Counted from the first letter of the stretch, positions 32,489 to 43,245 are shown. The stretch is DNA of 64,000 bases from Candidatus Dasytiphilus stammeri (GCA_045690005.1 CP145881.1:495036-559035); one strand, 5' to 3'. Notes: generated by a model not told the origin, from the sequence alone. Translations and numbers: made by a program.

Positions 32489-34237
32489 TTATTTAAACCA
32501 TCTTTTCCAAGGTAAAAACCATCGTTTTCGTTGATAAATTTTGCTACTATGGATTTTAGCAATCCGATCTTTAATTTTTTGCAGTAGACTAGGTTCATTA
32601 TTAGCATTCCATTTCATTCCAGTTAATAATGGAAGAGCATCATTCACATGGTTCACCATCCAAATATTAAATTGTCCATTATGAATGGCTTCCATAACAT
32701 CTATTTTTAAACATAAATTAGCTAAATTAGTTCTGGGTATAATAACTCCTTGACTACCAGTAAATTGGCGTTGATTGCAAATATGAAAAAATCCCTCAAT
32801 TTTTTCATTAAGACCTCCAATAGATTGTACATTACCAAATTGATCTACTGATCCAGTAACTGCAATCTGTTGATCAATTGGTTGACATGATAAAGCACTA
32901 ATAATTGCACATAATCCCGCTAAGGAAGCACTATCACCATCTATTCCTAGGTAAGTTTGTTCAAAAACTAGTGATATCGAAAATGGAAGTTGAGAGTCTA
33001 ATTCTAATGCGGCAATTAACCAAGATTGAATGATTATCATCCCCTTAGAATGAATATTTCCACCTAAATCAACTTTTCTTTCTACATCCATTAATTCGCC
33101 ATCTCCATTATGTACAACACAACTAATACGCAAGGGTTCTCCCAACATAGAAGGATAACCTGGTATTTCTATTACTGATAAACCATTGATCTGTCCGATA
33201 ACTTTTCCTTCAGTTTTGATAATGGTTTGACCTAGTAAAATGGACTCTCTTAAACGTATTGCTAAATAGTTTAACTGCCATTCTCTTGTGGATAAAGCAC
33301 GTTGTAAACTTTCTCCATTAAGTTCTGATGAAGTACAATATTGTACTGAGGAATCCAGTTGCATTTCAATCCAAACAGGACAAAGAGGTAAAAATTGTTG
33401 ATTTCCTGTATAGCGTACTGCGGCCTGAAATAATACTGGCCAAAAATCCGCTGCAATGCGCGGTTTATTAGTTTTTAAAGCTATCTGTGTTACCCATTGG
33501 CACCACATTAATACATTTTCTTCATATATCTCTAATTCTTCTTCAAACTCACTGTAAATGCAACGTGAAGCTAATTTAGGCTCCATTATCCCAAATTCAT
33601 CTAAGCGCTCTCTTTCACCAGTAAGAATTAGTTTAAAATCTAATGGCATTGATGGAATACTGATAGGTAACGGTTTGTTTGTGAGTGATAACCAATGAAA
33701 GCGTTTTTGTATTAAGATTTCTTTAATGCGTAACCATATTTTAGGTTCATCTAAGATAGTACGCAGTGCTAGTATGAGTACCCCACCATTGGCATGATGT
33801 ACTAAGCCAGGTTCTATAGTAATCTTGTGCTGAAAAATTCTCACACTTCCAAAGAGCTGCTCTGGAGTACTCCATTCTGAATAGATTATTTCACCATTAC
33901 TAGAAAAATTATCTTCTCTAGAGCGAGCTGGCTGCCAAATTATTGTGTCTTCTTGGATATGGTAGTGACCTCCTCGGAGAATTCTATCGGGATTTTTTTG
34001 ACGTACCGAATTAGCAATAAGAGAAAGATAATCAACATGTTCTGCACACTTAACTAACATTATTGGAATTGTGGCAGTGGAATGTTTTAATAGATCTTCT
34101 ATACCACTATTTAAACGAGGTTGAATATTATAAAAACATGTAGGATCCCAATCAAATTTAGATAAAAATAGATGTTGAAATTTTAAGAAATTAGGTTGTA
34201 GCTCATACAATTTAAGTTTATTATTCAAAGTAAACAT
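32489..34237 (-). CDS. ycbZ: Lon-protease-like protein YcbZ (LonH)
   Basis: 582 aa, collinear with E. coli YcbZ (586 aa): GLVHHANGGVLIL, IGQINGLSVIE.PG.P...GEP.RISCVVH.GDGE..D.ERK..LGGNIH.KGM, DGDSASLA.LCA.ISAL, GGLNEKIEGFF. The fabA-ycbZ-(matP)-ompA synteny is kept. Confidence 0.9.
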   Translation of the reverse strand: MFTLNNKLKLYELQPNFLKFQHLFLSKFDWDPTCFYNIQPRLNSGIEDLLKHSTATIPIMLVKCAEHVDYLSLIANSVRQKNPDRILRGGHYHIQEDTIIWQPARSREDNFSSNGEIIYSEWSTPEQLFGSVRIFQHKITIEPGLVHHANGGVLILALRTILDEPKIWLRIKEILIQKRFHWLSLTNKPLPISIPSMPLDFKLILTGERERLDEFGIMEPKLASRCIYSEFEEELEIYEENVLMWCQWVTQIALKTNKPRIAADFWPVLFQAAVRYTGNQQFLPLCPVWIEMQLDSSVQYCTSSELNGESLQRALSTREWQLNYLAIRLRESILLGQTIIKTEGKVIGQINGLSVIEIPGYPSMLGEPLRISCVVHNGDGELMDVERKVDLGGNIHSKGMIIIQSWLIAALELDSQLPFSISLVFEQTYLGIDGDSASLAGLCAIISALSCQPIDQQIAVTGSVDQFGNVQSIGGLNEKIEGFFHICNQRQFTGSQGVIIPRTNLANLCLKIDVMEAIHNGQFNIWMVNHVNDALPLLTGMKWNANNEPSLLQKIKDRIAKIHSSKIYQRKRWFLPWKRWFK

Positions 34238-34356
34238 AATAATCGAGTTAATTAATAAAGTTATTCTACCTAATATTAAATATTAAGCATCAAAGATGCT
34301 CAATATTTTAGAATAATTTAAAAATTTTTACTAATAATAATTTTATAAAATTATAA

Positions 34357-34374
34357 CCCCCGAAACTCTGGGGG
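34357..34374 (-). terminator. ompA rho-independent terminator candidate
   Basis: On the minus strand, CCCCC-AGAGTTTC-GGGGG is followed by TTATAATTTTATAAAATTATT, 44 nt after the ompA stop. It is the only G/C-run hairpin in this spacer. Confidence 0.55.
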
Positions 34375-34417
34375 CTATATGAAAGATACTTCAAGTATAA
34401 AAGATAATTTTCTATTT

Positions 34418-35509
34418 TTAGAAAATTCGGTTTTGTGGTATGCTTACTTCTTTAACACCAGTCACCTCTATTTCTACACGACGATCTGGTGATAAGCAAT
34501 TAATTAAACTAGAACGACTTTTTAACATATCACACTTGTGATCAGTAATAGGATTAGATTCTCCCATACCGCGAACGAAAATTTTTTCGGCTGGTAGACC
34601 TTTTAAAATCAGATAATCCGCCACAGATTGAGCACGTTGTTCCGATAATTTCTGATTATATGATATTGAACCAAGGCGATCAGTATAACCTATTACTATG
34701 GTCTGACTATCTTTTGGATCTATAGCTTTGATTTGTGAGTATAATTGATCGAGTTCTTGTTTGCCTTGCTGTTTTAAGGTTGTATTATTAAAATTAAATA
34801 GAACATCTGATTTAAGGGTAAAATGTTTATTTTCTATTAGTGGTTCTTGAACTGGGATCTGTGTACTAATATTAGTAACATGTGGTACGTCTCCTACTTC
34901 ATGATTAAATCGATAAGTAAGACCTAAACTTAACATTCCGTTATCTGGAGTCGTACCTACAGAATCAGCATCTCCTATATTATTAATCCATTGGTAATCT
35001 ACCCTGCTAGCTAGATTTTTAGATAAAGAGTATTCTATACCTACTGCACCTAAAGGTGAAATACCTGTATCATGGTCTTTAATTTTACCCCAAATGGGAT
35101 TATTTTGTGTTGATTCCGCATGCCAAACCATACCACCTAATCTGGTATATACTCCCATATGATTAGTAATAGGATAACTTAGTTTTGTACTAAGTTGTGC
35201 TCCATAAGCTTTAAAGGCTCCATTAACTACCGTACCTTTATTAGGCATCCGACCTAACCAATCATAGCCTAATTCCCATCCTAGGTAAGGATTCAATTGA
35301 TAACCAAGAATAGCACCAGTACCAAGTTGATTTTCATGAGTTGGACCATCATTATTTATGTAACCATTACCATAGTAATCTTTATTATGGTATTGAGACC
35401 ATCCAAATTTTGCACCAGTATACCAGTTGTTATCTGTGGTAGTGGATTGCGCAATAGTAGCGAATCCCACCAGTGCCACTGCAATTGTGATAGCTGTTTT
35501 TTTCTTCAT
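34418..35509 (-). CDS. ompA: outer membrane protein A
   Basis: ORF 34418..35530. Start moved to [22 protein letters not shown] (E. coli [21 protein letters not shown]). Beta-barrel and C-terminal OmpA domain ([21 protein letters not shown]) are intact. Confidence 0.95.
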   Translation of the reverse strand: MKKKTAITIAVALVGFATIAQSTTTDNNWYTGAKFGWSQYHNKDYYGNGYINNDGPTHENQLGTGAILGYQLNPYLGWELGYDWLGRMPNKGTVVNGAFKAYGAQLSTKLSYPITNHMGVYTRLGGMVWHAESTQNNPIWGKIKDHDTGISPLGAVGIEYSLSKNLASRVDYQWINNIGDADSVGTTPDNGMLSLGLTYRFNHEVGDVPHVTNISTQIPVQEPLIENKHFTLKSDVLFNFNNTTLKQQGKQELDQLYSQIKAIDPKDSQTIVIGYTDRLGSISYNQKLSEQRAQSVADYLILKGLPAEKIFVRGMGESNPITDHKCDMLKSRSSLINCLSPDRRVEIEVTGVKEVSIPQNRIF

Positions 35510-35766
35510 TTTATGCCTCGTTATCATCAAAATAGGCTATAACCTTGTGTTATAAGCTATTTATTTAAAAACTTACTAAGGTAATTAATCTAATTGTATT
35601 ATTTTACGTCGTAATCTATAAACTAATATTACAAATAGATAGATCTCCCTAGCTAATTAAAGTCTATAACGTAGTCAAAAACTTACAAGTATGATTATAA
35701 AATATATTAATAATTTTTATTAAAATTATTAATATAATGTTCTCTTCAAAGTTTATACGGTATTTA

Positions 35767-35804
35767 TAATTATATGATAAATTTTATTATTTATCATATA
35801 ATTA
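35767..35804. repeat. Perfect inverted repeat, 16-bp arms and 6-nt spacer, in the ompA / pyrC divergent spacer
   Basis: taattatatgataaat (35767-35782) pairs with atttatcatataatta (35789-35804), verified base by base. Confidence 0.85.
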
Positions 35805-35872
35805 AAGATAATCTAGCACTAATGTAATTTTTACCCTGAAAGTTACTTTAACTTTTATGAAAAGGTTAAAAG

Positions 35873-36931
35873 ATGTATATTTCTACAGAAGAAATTATTA
35901 TTCATCGTCCCGATGATTGGCATCTTCACTTACGTGACCATAATTTATTACAAACGGTGCTTCCTTTTACGAGTAGAATTTTTGCACGTGCCGTCATTAT
36001 GCCAAATTTATTGCCACCAATAACTAGTATTAAGAGTGCTATTAATTATCGAAAACGCATTATAGCAGTTTTACCTACTAAACATTGTTTTCAACCTTTG
36101 ATGACTTGTTATATAACAGAAGATCTCATTCCAAAAGAATTAATTGTTGGTTTTAAGGAAATGGTTTTTGTAGCTGCCAAACTTTACTTAGCAAAGAGTA
36201 CTACTAATAGCAATTATGGTATAAAAGATCTAAAAAAGATTCTACCGATTTTAGAAGAAATGCAAAAATTTGGAATGCCTTTATTAATACATGGAGAAAT
36301 TTCGAATGCTCAAGTAGATATTTTTGATCGTGAAGTTAGATTTATTGAAGACATTTTAGAACCATTGCGGGAATATTTTCCCGAATTAAAGATGATTCTT
36401 GAACATATCAGTACAAAAGAAGCCGCTCAGTATGTTTTAGAAGGAGATCGTTATATTGCTGCAACTATTACACCACAGCATTTAATGTTGAATCGTAATC
36501 ATATGTTAGTTAATGGTCTGAATCCACATCTTTATTGTCTACCGGTACTCAATCGTGCGATTGATCAACAGGCATTACGTGAAGTTATTAAGACGGGTTG
36601 CGATCGGTTTTTTATTGGTACCGATAGTGCCCCTCATCTGAAACGCCATAAAGAAGGTAAAATAGGATGTGCTGGTATATTTAATGCACCTACTGCTCTT
36701 TCAGCTTATACTACCGTGTTTGAAGAAATGAATGCTTTACCGTATTTAGAATCTTTTTGTGCTATAAATGGTCCACGTTATTATGGTTTACCTTTAAATG
36801 AAGATACTATAAAACTAGTACGTAGTCCTTGGACTGTTCCAAATAAAATTAAGGTAGATAATAGAGATCAATTAGTTCCTTTTCTGGCTGGAAAAAATCT
36901 TAACTGGGCAGTTATAACTAACGACACATAA
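35873..36931 (+). CDS. pyrC: dihydroorotase
   Basis: 352 aa, [11 protein letters not shown]......V.P.TS.I..RA.VMPNL.PP....AAKLY...TTNS..G......LLIHGE...DIFDRE..FI...EHI.TK.A...LYCLP.L.R.....ALRE...FIGTDSAPH. Collinear with E. coli PyrC. Confidence 0.94.
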   Translation: MYISTEEIIIHRPDDWHLHLRDHNLLQTVLPFTSRIFARAVIMPNLLPPITSIKSAINYRKRIIAVLPTKHCFQPLMTCYITEDLIPKELIVGFKEMVFVAAKLYLAKSTTNSNYGIKDLKKILPILEEMQKFGMPLLIHGEISNAQVDIFDREVRFIEDILEPLREYFPELKMILEHISTKEAAQYVLEGDRYIAATITPQHLMLNRNHMLVNGLNPHLYCLPVLNRAIDQQALREVIKTGCDRFFIGTDSAPHLKRHKEGKIGCAGIFNAPTALSAYTTVFEEMNALPYLESFCAINGPRYYGLPLNEDTIKLVRSPWTVPNKIKVDNRDQLVPFLAGKNLNWAVITNDT

Positions 36932-36938
36932 AATTAAC

Positions 36939-37547
36939 GTGAAAAAAATTTTGTTAGCTACTTCAAATCCAGGAAAATTACTTGAATTTTTACAAATAAT
37001 TAAACATCATTATTCAGTGGAATTTATCATTAAACCAATTTCTAAAGATATAGGAAATATTCCAGAATCTGGAGTTAATTATTTAGAAAATGCTTTAATA
37101 AAAGCCAAAACAGTTTATCAATATTACCGGTGTCCGGTTCTTTCAGATGATTCTGGACTTGAACTAATAAATTTTAACAATATTCCAGGTATTTATTCTG
37201 CTAGATATGCTGGAATTAATGCTACTGATCAACAAAATCGTAATAAATTAAAAAATTTTTTATTATGTAAGGATCTGACATTTACACCTGCAAGATATAG
37301 ATGTGTCTTAGTTTACCAACAAAGTATTAATAATATCAAAAAATTTGAAGCAGTATGGAACGGAAATATAGTTACATATAATAATATTGATAATGGATTT
37401 GGTTACGATCCAATGTTTATTCCAATTGGGTTTAATAAAACCCTTGCCGAAATAGATATAGAATCTAAAAATCAATATTCTCATCGAGCTCAAGCAGTGA
37501 TGAATTTTGTAAAATTTATAGAGAATTATTTTAACAATAGCTATTAG
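36939..37547 (+). CDS. rdgB: dITP/XTP pyrophosphatase (RdgB/HAM1 family)
   Basis: 202 aa from GTG 36939, ILLATSNPGKLLEF...ENALIKA......P.LSDDSGLE........PGIYSARYAG...TDQ.N...L......R.ARY.CVLVY......GFGYDP.F.P.......AE......K...SHR.QA. Confidence 0.88.
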   Translation: MKKILLATSNPGKLLEFLQIIKHHYSVEFIIKPISKDIGNIPESGVNYLENALIKAKTVYQYYRCPVLSDDSGLELINFNNIPGIYSARYAGINATDQQNRNKLKNFLLCKDLTFTPARYRCVLVYQQSINNIKKFEAVWNGNIVTYNNIDNGFGYDPMFIPIGFNKTLAEIDIESKNQYSHRAQAVMNFVKFIENYFNNSY

Positions 37548-37578
37548 TCTTAATTTGTTAATTAAGAATTATCTAGTT

Positions 37579-37606
37579 ACAAGAGATGAATGATCTCTTG
37601 TTTATA
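37579..37606 (+). terminator. Rho-independent terminator candidate after rdgB
   Basis: 9-bp stem acaagagat / atctcttgt with loop gaatg, followed by ttataagtggttttctt, 32 nt after the rdgB stop. Confidence 0.55.
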
Positions 37607-37872
37607 AGTGGTTTTCTTAGATTATTTTATACATTATAATGGATTTCTTTAAACGTATTTTATTTCATAGATCTCCAAGGCTAATAAATATTAGCCTTAG
37701 AATAGCTCCGATAGTTATTAGATAACCAACCGATTATAAAGCATATAATATGTGATAATAATTAGTAATATTTCAATTAGCTGAAATATAAGTATTTATT
37801 CAAGTTAATAAATCAATTATTGGTCATTTATTCTATTAACACCTTATAAACTACTTCTATCTAATATTTAGA

Positions 37873-38403
37873 TTAGAAGGGAATATCCTCAAAATCTACT
37901 TGAGGATCATTATCTGATTCTGATAAAAGTTCATTAGATTGTGTTGGAAATGATGTCTTACTTTTATTGCTACTTAATTTATGGGGGGTTGATGTTGAAG
38001 ATGGTCCCCAGTTATTATTGGTAGGAGTAGATTGCATAACATAGCTTTTTGCTGCTCTATTACCGAGCATTTGCATGGTGCCATGAGTCGTTACCACAAT
38101 TTCAGTTGTATATCGTTCATGTCCATTTTGATCCTGCCATTTTCGCGTTTGTAAAGAACCTTCAATATAAACCTGTGCTCCTTTATGTAAAAATTCACCC
38201 GCGACTTCAGCTAATTTACCAAACAAAACTACACGATGCCATTCAGTTTTTTCTCTAGTTTCTCCAGTTTGTTTATCACGCCAGTTTTCTGAGGTAGCGA
38301 TAGTAATATTAGTTACTGCCCCCCCATTTGGCATATAACGAATTTCTGGGTTTTGTCCTAAATTTCCAATCAGAATTACTTTATTTATACCCCTGTTGCT
38401 CAT
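37873..38403 (-). CDS. ssb: single-stranded DNA-binding protein
   Basis: 176 aa, [82 protein letters not shown]. The C-terminal tip DFEDIPF is retained. Confidence 0.96.
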   Translation of the reverse strand: MSNRGINKVILIGNLGQNPEIRYMPNGGAVTNITIATSENWRDKQTGETREKTEWHRVVLFGKLAEVAGEFLHKGAQVYIEGSLQTRKWQDQNGHERYTTEIVVTTHGTMQMLGNRAAKSYVMQSTPTNNNWGPSSTSTPHKLSSNKSKTSFPTQSNELLSESDNDPQVDFEDIPF

Positions 38404-38577
38404 TTGATTAACTCTCTATTATCTATGATAGTATGTTATTTTTTATTTTAACATATTACTGCTGAATGTAGTATTAATCATATTATTAAAATAATATTTA
38501 AGAGATTCCATATTGCATTTATCTTTTTTAGATTGACTAAAGATTTAAAATAGAACAATATATCAACATCAAAATAA

Positions 38578-38597
38578 TACTGTTTATAAGTTAAGGT
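38578..38597 (+). promoter_or_regulatory. Degenerate LexA (SOS) box relic in the ssb upstream region
   Basis: TACTGTTTATAAGTTAAGGT versus the E. coli uvrA/ssb box TACTGTATATTCATTCAGGT (from memory): 14/20 identical. The CTGT half is intact and the CAG half is mutated to AAG. Confidence 0.35.
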
Positions 38598-38793
38598 ATT
38601 TTATATCAATATAAAACCCGCTGAATTTTCAGAGGTCCTCTACTGCTATGAAATCTAGAGTAATTAGATTTAGTGATTTACCATGAGAATTTTAAGGATT
38701 ATGAGATTTTCACCATTGTGAGATCAATCTTTGAGGAATCTACTACAGAGATAGCAGTTATTTAATAAAACTAACTTTTAGTTTAGAATCATT

Positions 38794-40191
38794 ATGATAG
38801 AAAATAAATTTAACCACAAACATAGTTCGCCGCAAATTAATATGGTTAAGGTACCACCACATTCTATAGAAGCCGAACAATCTGTTTTAGGTGGTTTAAT
38901 GCTAGATAATGATCGTTGGGATAACGTAGCTGAACATATAGTAGCTCGAGACTTCTTTAGTTTACATCATAGGTTAATTTTTGGTGAAATGCAACGTTTA
39001 ATAGAACTAAGAAAACCTATTGATTTAATTACTCTGGCAGAATCCCTAGAGCAGAAAGGAAAACTCGAAGAAGTTGGTGGTTTTGCTTATCTCGCTGAAT
39101 TATCTAAAAATACTCCTAGCGCTGCCAATATCTGTGCTTATGCTGATATTGTGCGTGAACGCGCGATAGTTCGTGATATGATTTCTGCGGCTAATTATAT
39201 TGCTGAGGCTGGTTATCATCCCCAAGGACGTAGTAGTGAAGATTTACTGGATATTGCAGAATCTAAGGTTTTCCAGATTGCCGAAAACCGCCAAAAAAAT
39301 TCCGGACCTAAAACTATAGATCAGATTTTAGAATCTACTATATCACGTATACAAACTCTTTACGAAGTTCCAAATAATGGAGTTACAGGTATTTCTACTG
39401 GTTATCATGATCTAGATAAAAAAACTACTGGGTTACAACCTTCAGACTTAATTATTATTGCGGCTCGTCCTTCTATGGGTAAGACTACTTTAGCAATGAA
39501 CTTATGTGAAAATGCTGCTATGATACAAGATCAACCGGTACTTATTTTTAGTCTGGAAATGCCTAGTGAGCAACTTATGATGCGCATGTTAGCATCACTA
39601 TCCAGGGTAGATCATACTAGAATTCGTACTGGAAAACTTGATGATGAAGATTGGGCGAAAATTTCCAGATCTATCGGACTACTTTTAGAAAAACGCAATC
39701 TTTATATCGATGATTCTTCTAGTCTTACCCCTACTGAAGTGCGTTCTAGGGCTCGACGGATATTTAGAGAGCATAACGGATTAGGTTTAATCATGGTTGA
39801 TTATTTACAACTTATGCGAGTTCCATGGCTTTCTACAAATCGCACATTGGAAATTTCTGAAATTTCTAGAGCTTTGAAAGCTTTAGCAAAGGATCTACAA
39901 GTACCAGTTGTAGCATTATCACAGCTTAATCGTTTATTAGAACAACGCAGTAATAAACGACCCGTAAACTCTGATTTGCGTGATTCTGGTTCTATAGAAC
40001 AAGATGCTGATTTAATTATATTTATTTATCGAGATGAAGTTTATAATGAAAATACTGACATGAAAGGAATATCTGAGATTATTATCGGTAAACAACGTAA
40101 TGGACCAATTGGTTCTATACGTTTGACATTTAATGGCCAGTGGTCACGTTTTGACAATTATGTAGGTAGAGAACAATACGATAATAATTAA
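38794..40191 (+). CDS. dnaB: replicative DNA helicase DnaB
   Basis: 465 aa, VPPHSIEAEQSVLGGLMLDN.RWD.VAE...GFAYLAELSKNTPSAANI.AYADIVRERA...AARPSMGKTT.AMNL.ENAAM...SLEMPSEQ.MMR. About 80% identical by eye to E. coli DnaB. Confidence 0.97.
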   Translation: MIENKFNHKHSSPQINMVKVPPHSIEAEQSVLGGLMLDNDRWDNVAEHIVARDFFSLHHRLIFGEMQRLIELRKPIDLITLAESLEQKGKLEEVGGFAYLAELSKNTPSAANICAYADIVRERAIVRDMISAANYIAEAGYHPQGRSSEDLLDIAESKVFQIAENRQKNSGPKTIDQILESTISRIQTLYEVPNNGVTGISTGYHDLDKKTTGLQPSDLIIIAARPSMGKTTLAMNLCENAAMIQDQPVLIFSLEMPSEQLMMRMLASLSRVDHTRIRTGKLDDEDWAKISRSIGLLLEKRNLYIDDSSSLTPTEVRSRARRIFREHNGLGLIMVDYLQLMRVPWLSTNRTLEISEISRALKALAKDLQVPVVALSQLNRLLEQRSNKRPVNSDLRDSGSIEQDADLIIFIYRDEVYNENTDMKGISEIIIGKQRNGPIGSIRLTFNGQWSRFDNYVGREQYDNN

Positions 40192-40229
40192 TCTTTAGTT
40201 ATTCAGCGATGGCTGAATAACTAAAGATT
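40190..40229. terminator. 18-bp perfect hairpin at the dnaB / apaH convergent junction (dnaB terminator lying inside the apaH coding 3' end)
   Basis: aatctttagttattcagc (40190-40207), loop gatg, gctgaataactaaagatt (40212-40229), then TTATTTTCCC on the + strand. It starts inside the dnaB TAA and spans the apaH stop plus its last 10 codons ([11 protein letters not shown]). Confidence 0.6.
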
Positions 40230-41019
40230 TATTTTCCCAGCATAACATTGTTAAGGAGCCCCCCCAACAGCATCCAGTATCCAAACAAATAATACCTTTA
40301 GGAGTATTTCCATTAAGCGACGCCCAGTGACCAAAAATTATCGTATAATCAGAATATTCTCCTAACATAGAACTACTAATTTTAAACCATGGTTTTAAAT
40401 ATGCTGGTGCTAAATATGGTGGTTTTTTGCAAATCATGTCTAGTTGTCCATTGCTTAAACAATAACGCATACGAGTTAGAACATTAGTAATAAAACGTAA
40501 TCTAGCCATTCCACTAAGTTGTTCTGACCAATAATTTGGCATGTTACCGTACATATTATGAAGAAAGTATAAATAGTCATTACTACTAAGTATTAATTCA
40601 ACTTCTCTGGCGCACTTTTTTGCCGTACTAAGATCCCACTGTGGTAAAATTCCAGCATGAGTCATAATCAGCTTATTTTCTTTATCAAATTGTAGTAATG
40701 GTTGATGACGCAACCAGTTAATGATTTCATCCCCATCTGAAGATTCTATTAAAACTTTAAGATAAAATTGGTTAAATTGGGTAATATTTTTACCATAATA
40801 TTCTGCTAACAGATTTAAATCATGGTTACCTAGAACTATGCGGGCATTAGTTCCTAAAGAACGTATATAACGTAGTACTTGGATAGATTGTGGGCCTCTA
40901 GCTACTAGATCACCAGTTAGCCATAAGGTGTCTCTTCTAGTATCAAAATTTACTTGTGCCAAGATAGCACATAATTCTTGATAACAACCATGAATATCGC
41001 CAATTAAGTATGTAGCCAT
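40195..41019 (-). CDS. apaH: bis(5'-nucleosyl)-tetraphosphatase, symmetrical
   Basis: 274 aa, [16 protein letters not shown]......D...[22 protein letters not shown].....VLGNHDL.LL. Confidence 0.94.
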   Translation of the reverse strand: MATYLIGDIHGCYQELCAILAQVNFDTRRDTLWLTGDLVARGPQSIQVLRYIRSLGTNARIVLGNHDLNLLAEYYGKNITQFNQFYLKVLIESSDGDEIINWLRHQPLLQFDKENKLIMTHAGILPQWDLSTAKKCAREVELILSSNDYLYFLHNMYGNMPNYWSEQLSGMARLRFITNVLTRMRYCLSNGQLDMICKKPPYLAPAYLKPWFKISSSMLGEYSDYTIIFGHWASLNGNTPKGIICLDTGCCWGGSLTMLCWENKSLVIQPSLNN

Positions 41020-41050
41020 AGATTGCTCAACTGTTATAGAATTAACATTC

Positions 41051-41428
41051 TTAATGAAGATGACTTTGAATAGCTAATCTAAAAACTGGAATTTCTACTT
41101 TAAATATTACACCTTTGTTGTCATACATATTATAATAACCTTGCATAGTTCCTATTGGAGTATCAATTATAATTCCACTAGTATACTGAAATTCACTATT
41201 AGGTTGAATATAGGGTTTTTTTCCTAAAACTCCTTCACCTTGAACTTTAGTAACCCGTCCATTACCGTTAGTAATTAACCAAGAGCGACTCTGAAGCTTA
41301 ATGGATTGTTGTCCTAAATTGCGAATCTTAATTGTATAAGCAAAAACATAATGTGCTTCTTCAGGTATTGACTGTGAGGCAATATATATACTTTGTACAT
41401 TTACAGAAACCCTAGTAGTTTCCTCCAT
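41051..41428 (-). CDS. apaG: ApaG protein (DUF525)
   Basis: 125 aa, ...YVFAYTI.I.NLG....QL.SR.W.IT.GNG....V.GEGV.G..P.I.P...FQYTSG......P.G.M.G.Y.M. Part of the ksgA-apaG-apaH synteny. Confidence 0.9.
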   Translation of the reverse strand: MEETTRVSVNVQSIYIASQSIPEEAHYVFAYTIKIRNLGQQSIKLQSRSWLITNGNGRVTKVQGEGVLGKKPYIQPNSEFQYTSGIIIDTPIGTMQGYYNMYDNKGVIFKVEIPVFRLAIQSHLH

Positions 41429-41432
41429 ACCA

Positions 41433-42260
41433 TTATTTCTCCTTGAGTTTCATTTTTGAATGTACAGTTAACCAATTAGCCAGCTTGCAATATAGTGCTA
41501 CTGGAATATTCTCGGCCCGTAAATTGGGGTTAACACCTATTTCATTAAGAATTTTAACTGTTACTAATTTACTAAGACTATTTCTTAGCATTTTTCGACG
41601 ATGAGTAAAAGCTGTTCTGGTTATCAGTTTTAATTCACTAATATTTTCTACTATATTTGGCATCAAACTATATGGTACTAAACGAACTAAGGCAGAAGAT
41701 ACTTTTGGAACTGGTATAAAAGATTCTGGAGTAATATCTTGAATTAAAACTGCCTTACAATAATATTGTGACATCACACTTAATCTACCGTACTTTTTAC
41801 TATCTGGAACTGCAATAATACGGTCAACTACTTCTTTTTGTAACATGAAATGCATATCTTTGATAATAGTTATATATTTAAATAGATGAAAAATCATTTG
41901 ACTAGAAATGTTATAAGGTAAATTACCAAATATTCTGAGTTTGTGTCCTTTTGGTCTGGACAGTTCGTTAAAATTAAAATTAATGGCATTTTGTTGGTAA
42001 ATAGTTAATTTTTTGCTAAGATAAATATCTTTTTTCAAATGATTAACTAAATCTTTATCTATTTCAATAGCTGTTAAATATTTAACATATTTACTAATAG
42101 GTTTAGTTAAAGCTCCTAATCCTGGACCTATTTCTACCAATTGATCATCAGTATGTGGATCTATAGCACTTAAAATATTATTAATTATATTAACGTCTAT
42201 AATAAAATTTTGACCCCATTTTTTATGAGCCAAATGCCCAAAGCACCAATTATTTCTCAT
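41433..42260 (-). CDS. rsmA: 16S rRNA (adenine1518/1519-N6)-dimethyltransferase
   Basis: 275 aa, [10 protein letters not shown]......I..AI.P......[12 protein letters not shown]......LT.IEID.DL...L......KLTIYQQ.A..FNF.......[11 protein letters not shown]....FHLF. Overlaps the pdxA 3' end by 11 nt. Confidence 0.94.
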   Translation of the reverse strand: MRNNWCFGHLAHKKWGQNFIIDVNIINNILSAIDPHTDDQLVEIGPGLGALTKPISKYVKYLTAIEIDKDLVNHLKKDIYLSKKLTIYQQNAINFNFNELSRPKGHKLRIFGNLPYNISSQMIFHLFKYITIIKDMHFMLQKEVVDRIIAVPDSKKYGRLSVMSQYYCKAVLIQDITPESFIPVPKVSSALVRLVPYSLMPNIVENISELKLITRTAFTHRRKMLRNSLSKLVTVKILNEIGVNPNLRAENIPVALYCKLANWLTVHSKMKLKEK

Positions 42261-43245
42261 TATAATTTAGATTTAGCATATTAATTGTAAGTTTAAGTGC
42301 TGCTATTAAACTGCTTGGATTGGCTTTTCCGGTAGCAGCCAATTCTAAAGCGGTACCATGATCTACTGAGGTACGTATAAAAGGTAATCCAAGGGTAAGA
42401 TTCACAATCTGTCCAAATCCTTGAGATTTTAACACTGGTAATCCTTGGTCGTGATACATAGTTAATATAACATCAGCCTTCTTGAGATATTGTTTTTGAA
42501 ATATAGTATCTGCTGGTAAAGGACCAGTAATTTTAAGACCAACTTCTCTTAATATCTGTATTACAGGAATTATTATATCTTTTTCTTCTCTACCTAAATG
42601 TCCTCCTTCTCCTGCATGAGGATTAAGACCACAAACAAATATGTGTGGTTTAGCAATTTTAAATTTATTTTGAAGCTCTTGAGACAAAATAGTAATTACT
42701 TCAGATAGACTATTTGATGTAATTGCCTTAGGAACTTTTTTTAAAGGTAAGTGTGTTGTAGTTAGTGCGACACGTAATTCTTCCATAGCAAATAGCATCA
42801 CTCCTCTTTTTATCTTAGAATGTTCAACCAAATATTCAGTATGACCCATAAAAGTTATTCCAGCTTCATTTATTACCCCCTTATGTACTGGTCCAGTAAT
42901 TATGGCTGAAAATTCACCATATAAACATCCATTACAAGCTCGTTCTAAAGTTGAGATAACATATTGACTATTATCTACACATAATTGACCGGCTTTCACT
43001 GGTTTAATTAAATCTATGGGTAGTATTTTTAGATGTCCAGCTCGGTGAATTTTTATAATTGGTTCAAATTGATAATCATGTAATCTCAATGGTAAATTTA
43101 GAGCTAAAGCTCTTGAATGCATAAGTTCAGCAGAGGCACATACTACTAGTTCAATCGGCCAATTATATTGAGCTAATTGAATAACTATATCAGGACCTAT
43201 TCCAGCAGGCTCCCCTGGAGTAATAATCACACGGTAATTATTCAT
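42250..43245 (-). CDS. pdxA: 4-hydroxythreonine-4-phosphate dehydrogenase
   Basis: 331 aa, [12 protein letters not shown]...GHTEYL...[14 protein letters not shown]...I.P......G....GP.PADT.F.......[13 protein letters not shown]...[23 protein letters not shown]. Confidence 0.94.
   Translation of the reverse strand: MNNYRVIITPGEPAGIGPDIVIQLAQYNWPIELVVCASAELMHSRALALNLPLRLHDYQFEPIIKIHRAGHLKILPIDLIKPVKAGQLCVDNSQYVISTLERACNGCLYGEFSAIITGPVHKGVINEAGITFMGHTEYLVEHSKIKRGVMLFAMEELRVALTTTHLPLKKVPKAITSNSLSEVITILSQELQNKFKIAKPHIFVCGLNPHAGEGGHLGREEKDIIIPVIQILREVGLKITGPLPADTIFQKQYLKKADVILTMYHDQGLPVLKSQGFGQIVNLTLGLPFIRTSVDHGTALELAATGKANPSSLIAALKLTINMLNLNYNEK

Noticed and set aside
38648-38686. The 12-codon ORF MKSRVIRFSDLP* as a uvrA N-terminal remnant.
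   Set aside because: Only M, K and V align with MDKIEVRGARTH. That is too weak to annotate as a pseudogene, so it is mentioned only as a low-confidence part of the SOS-box finding.
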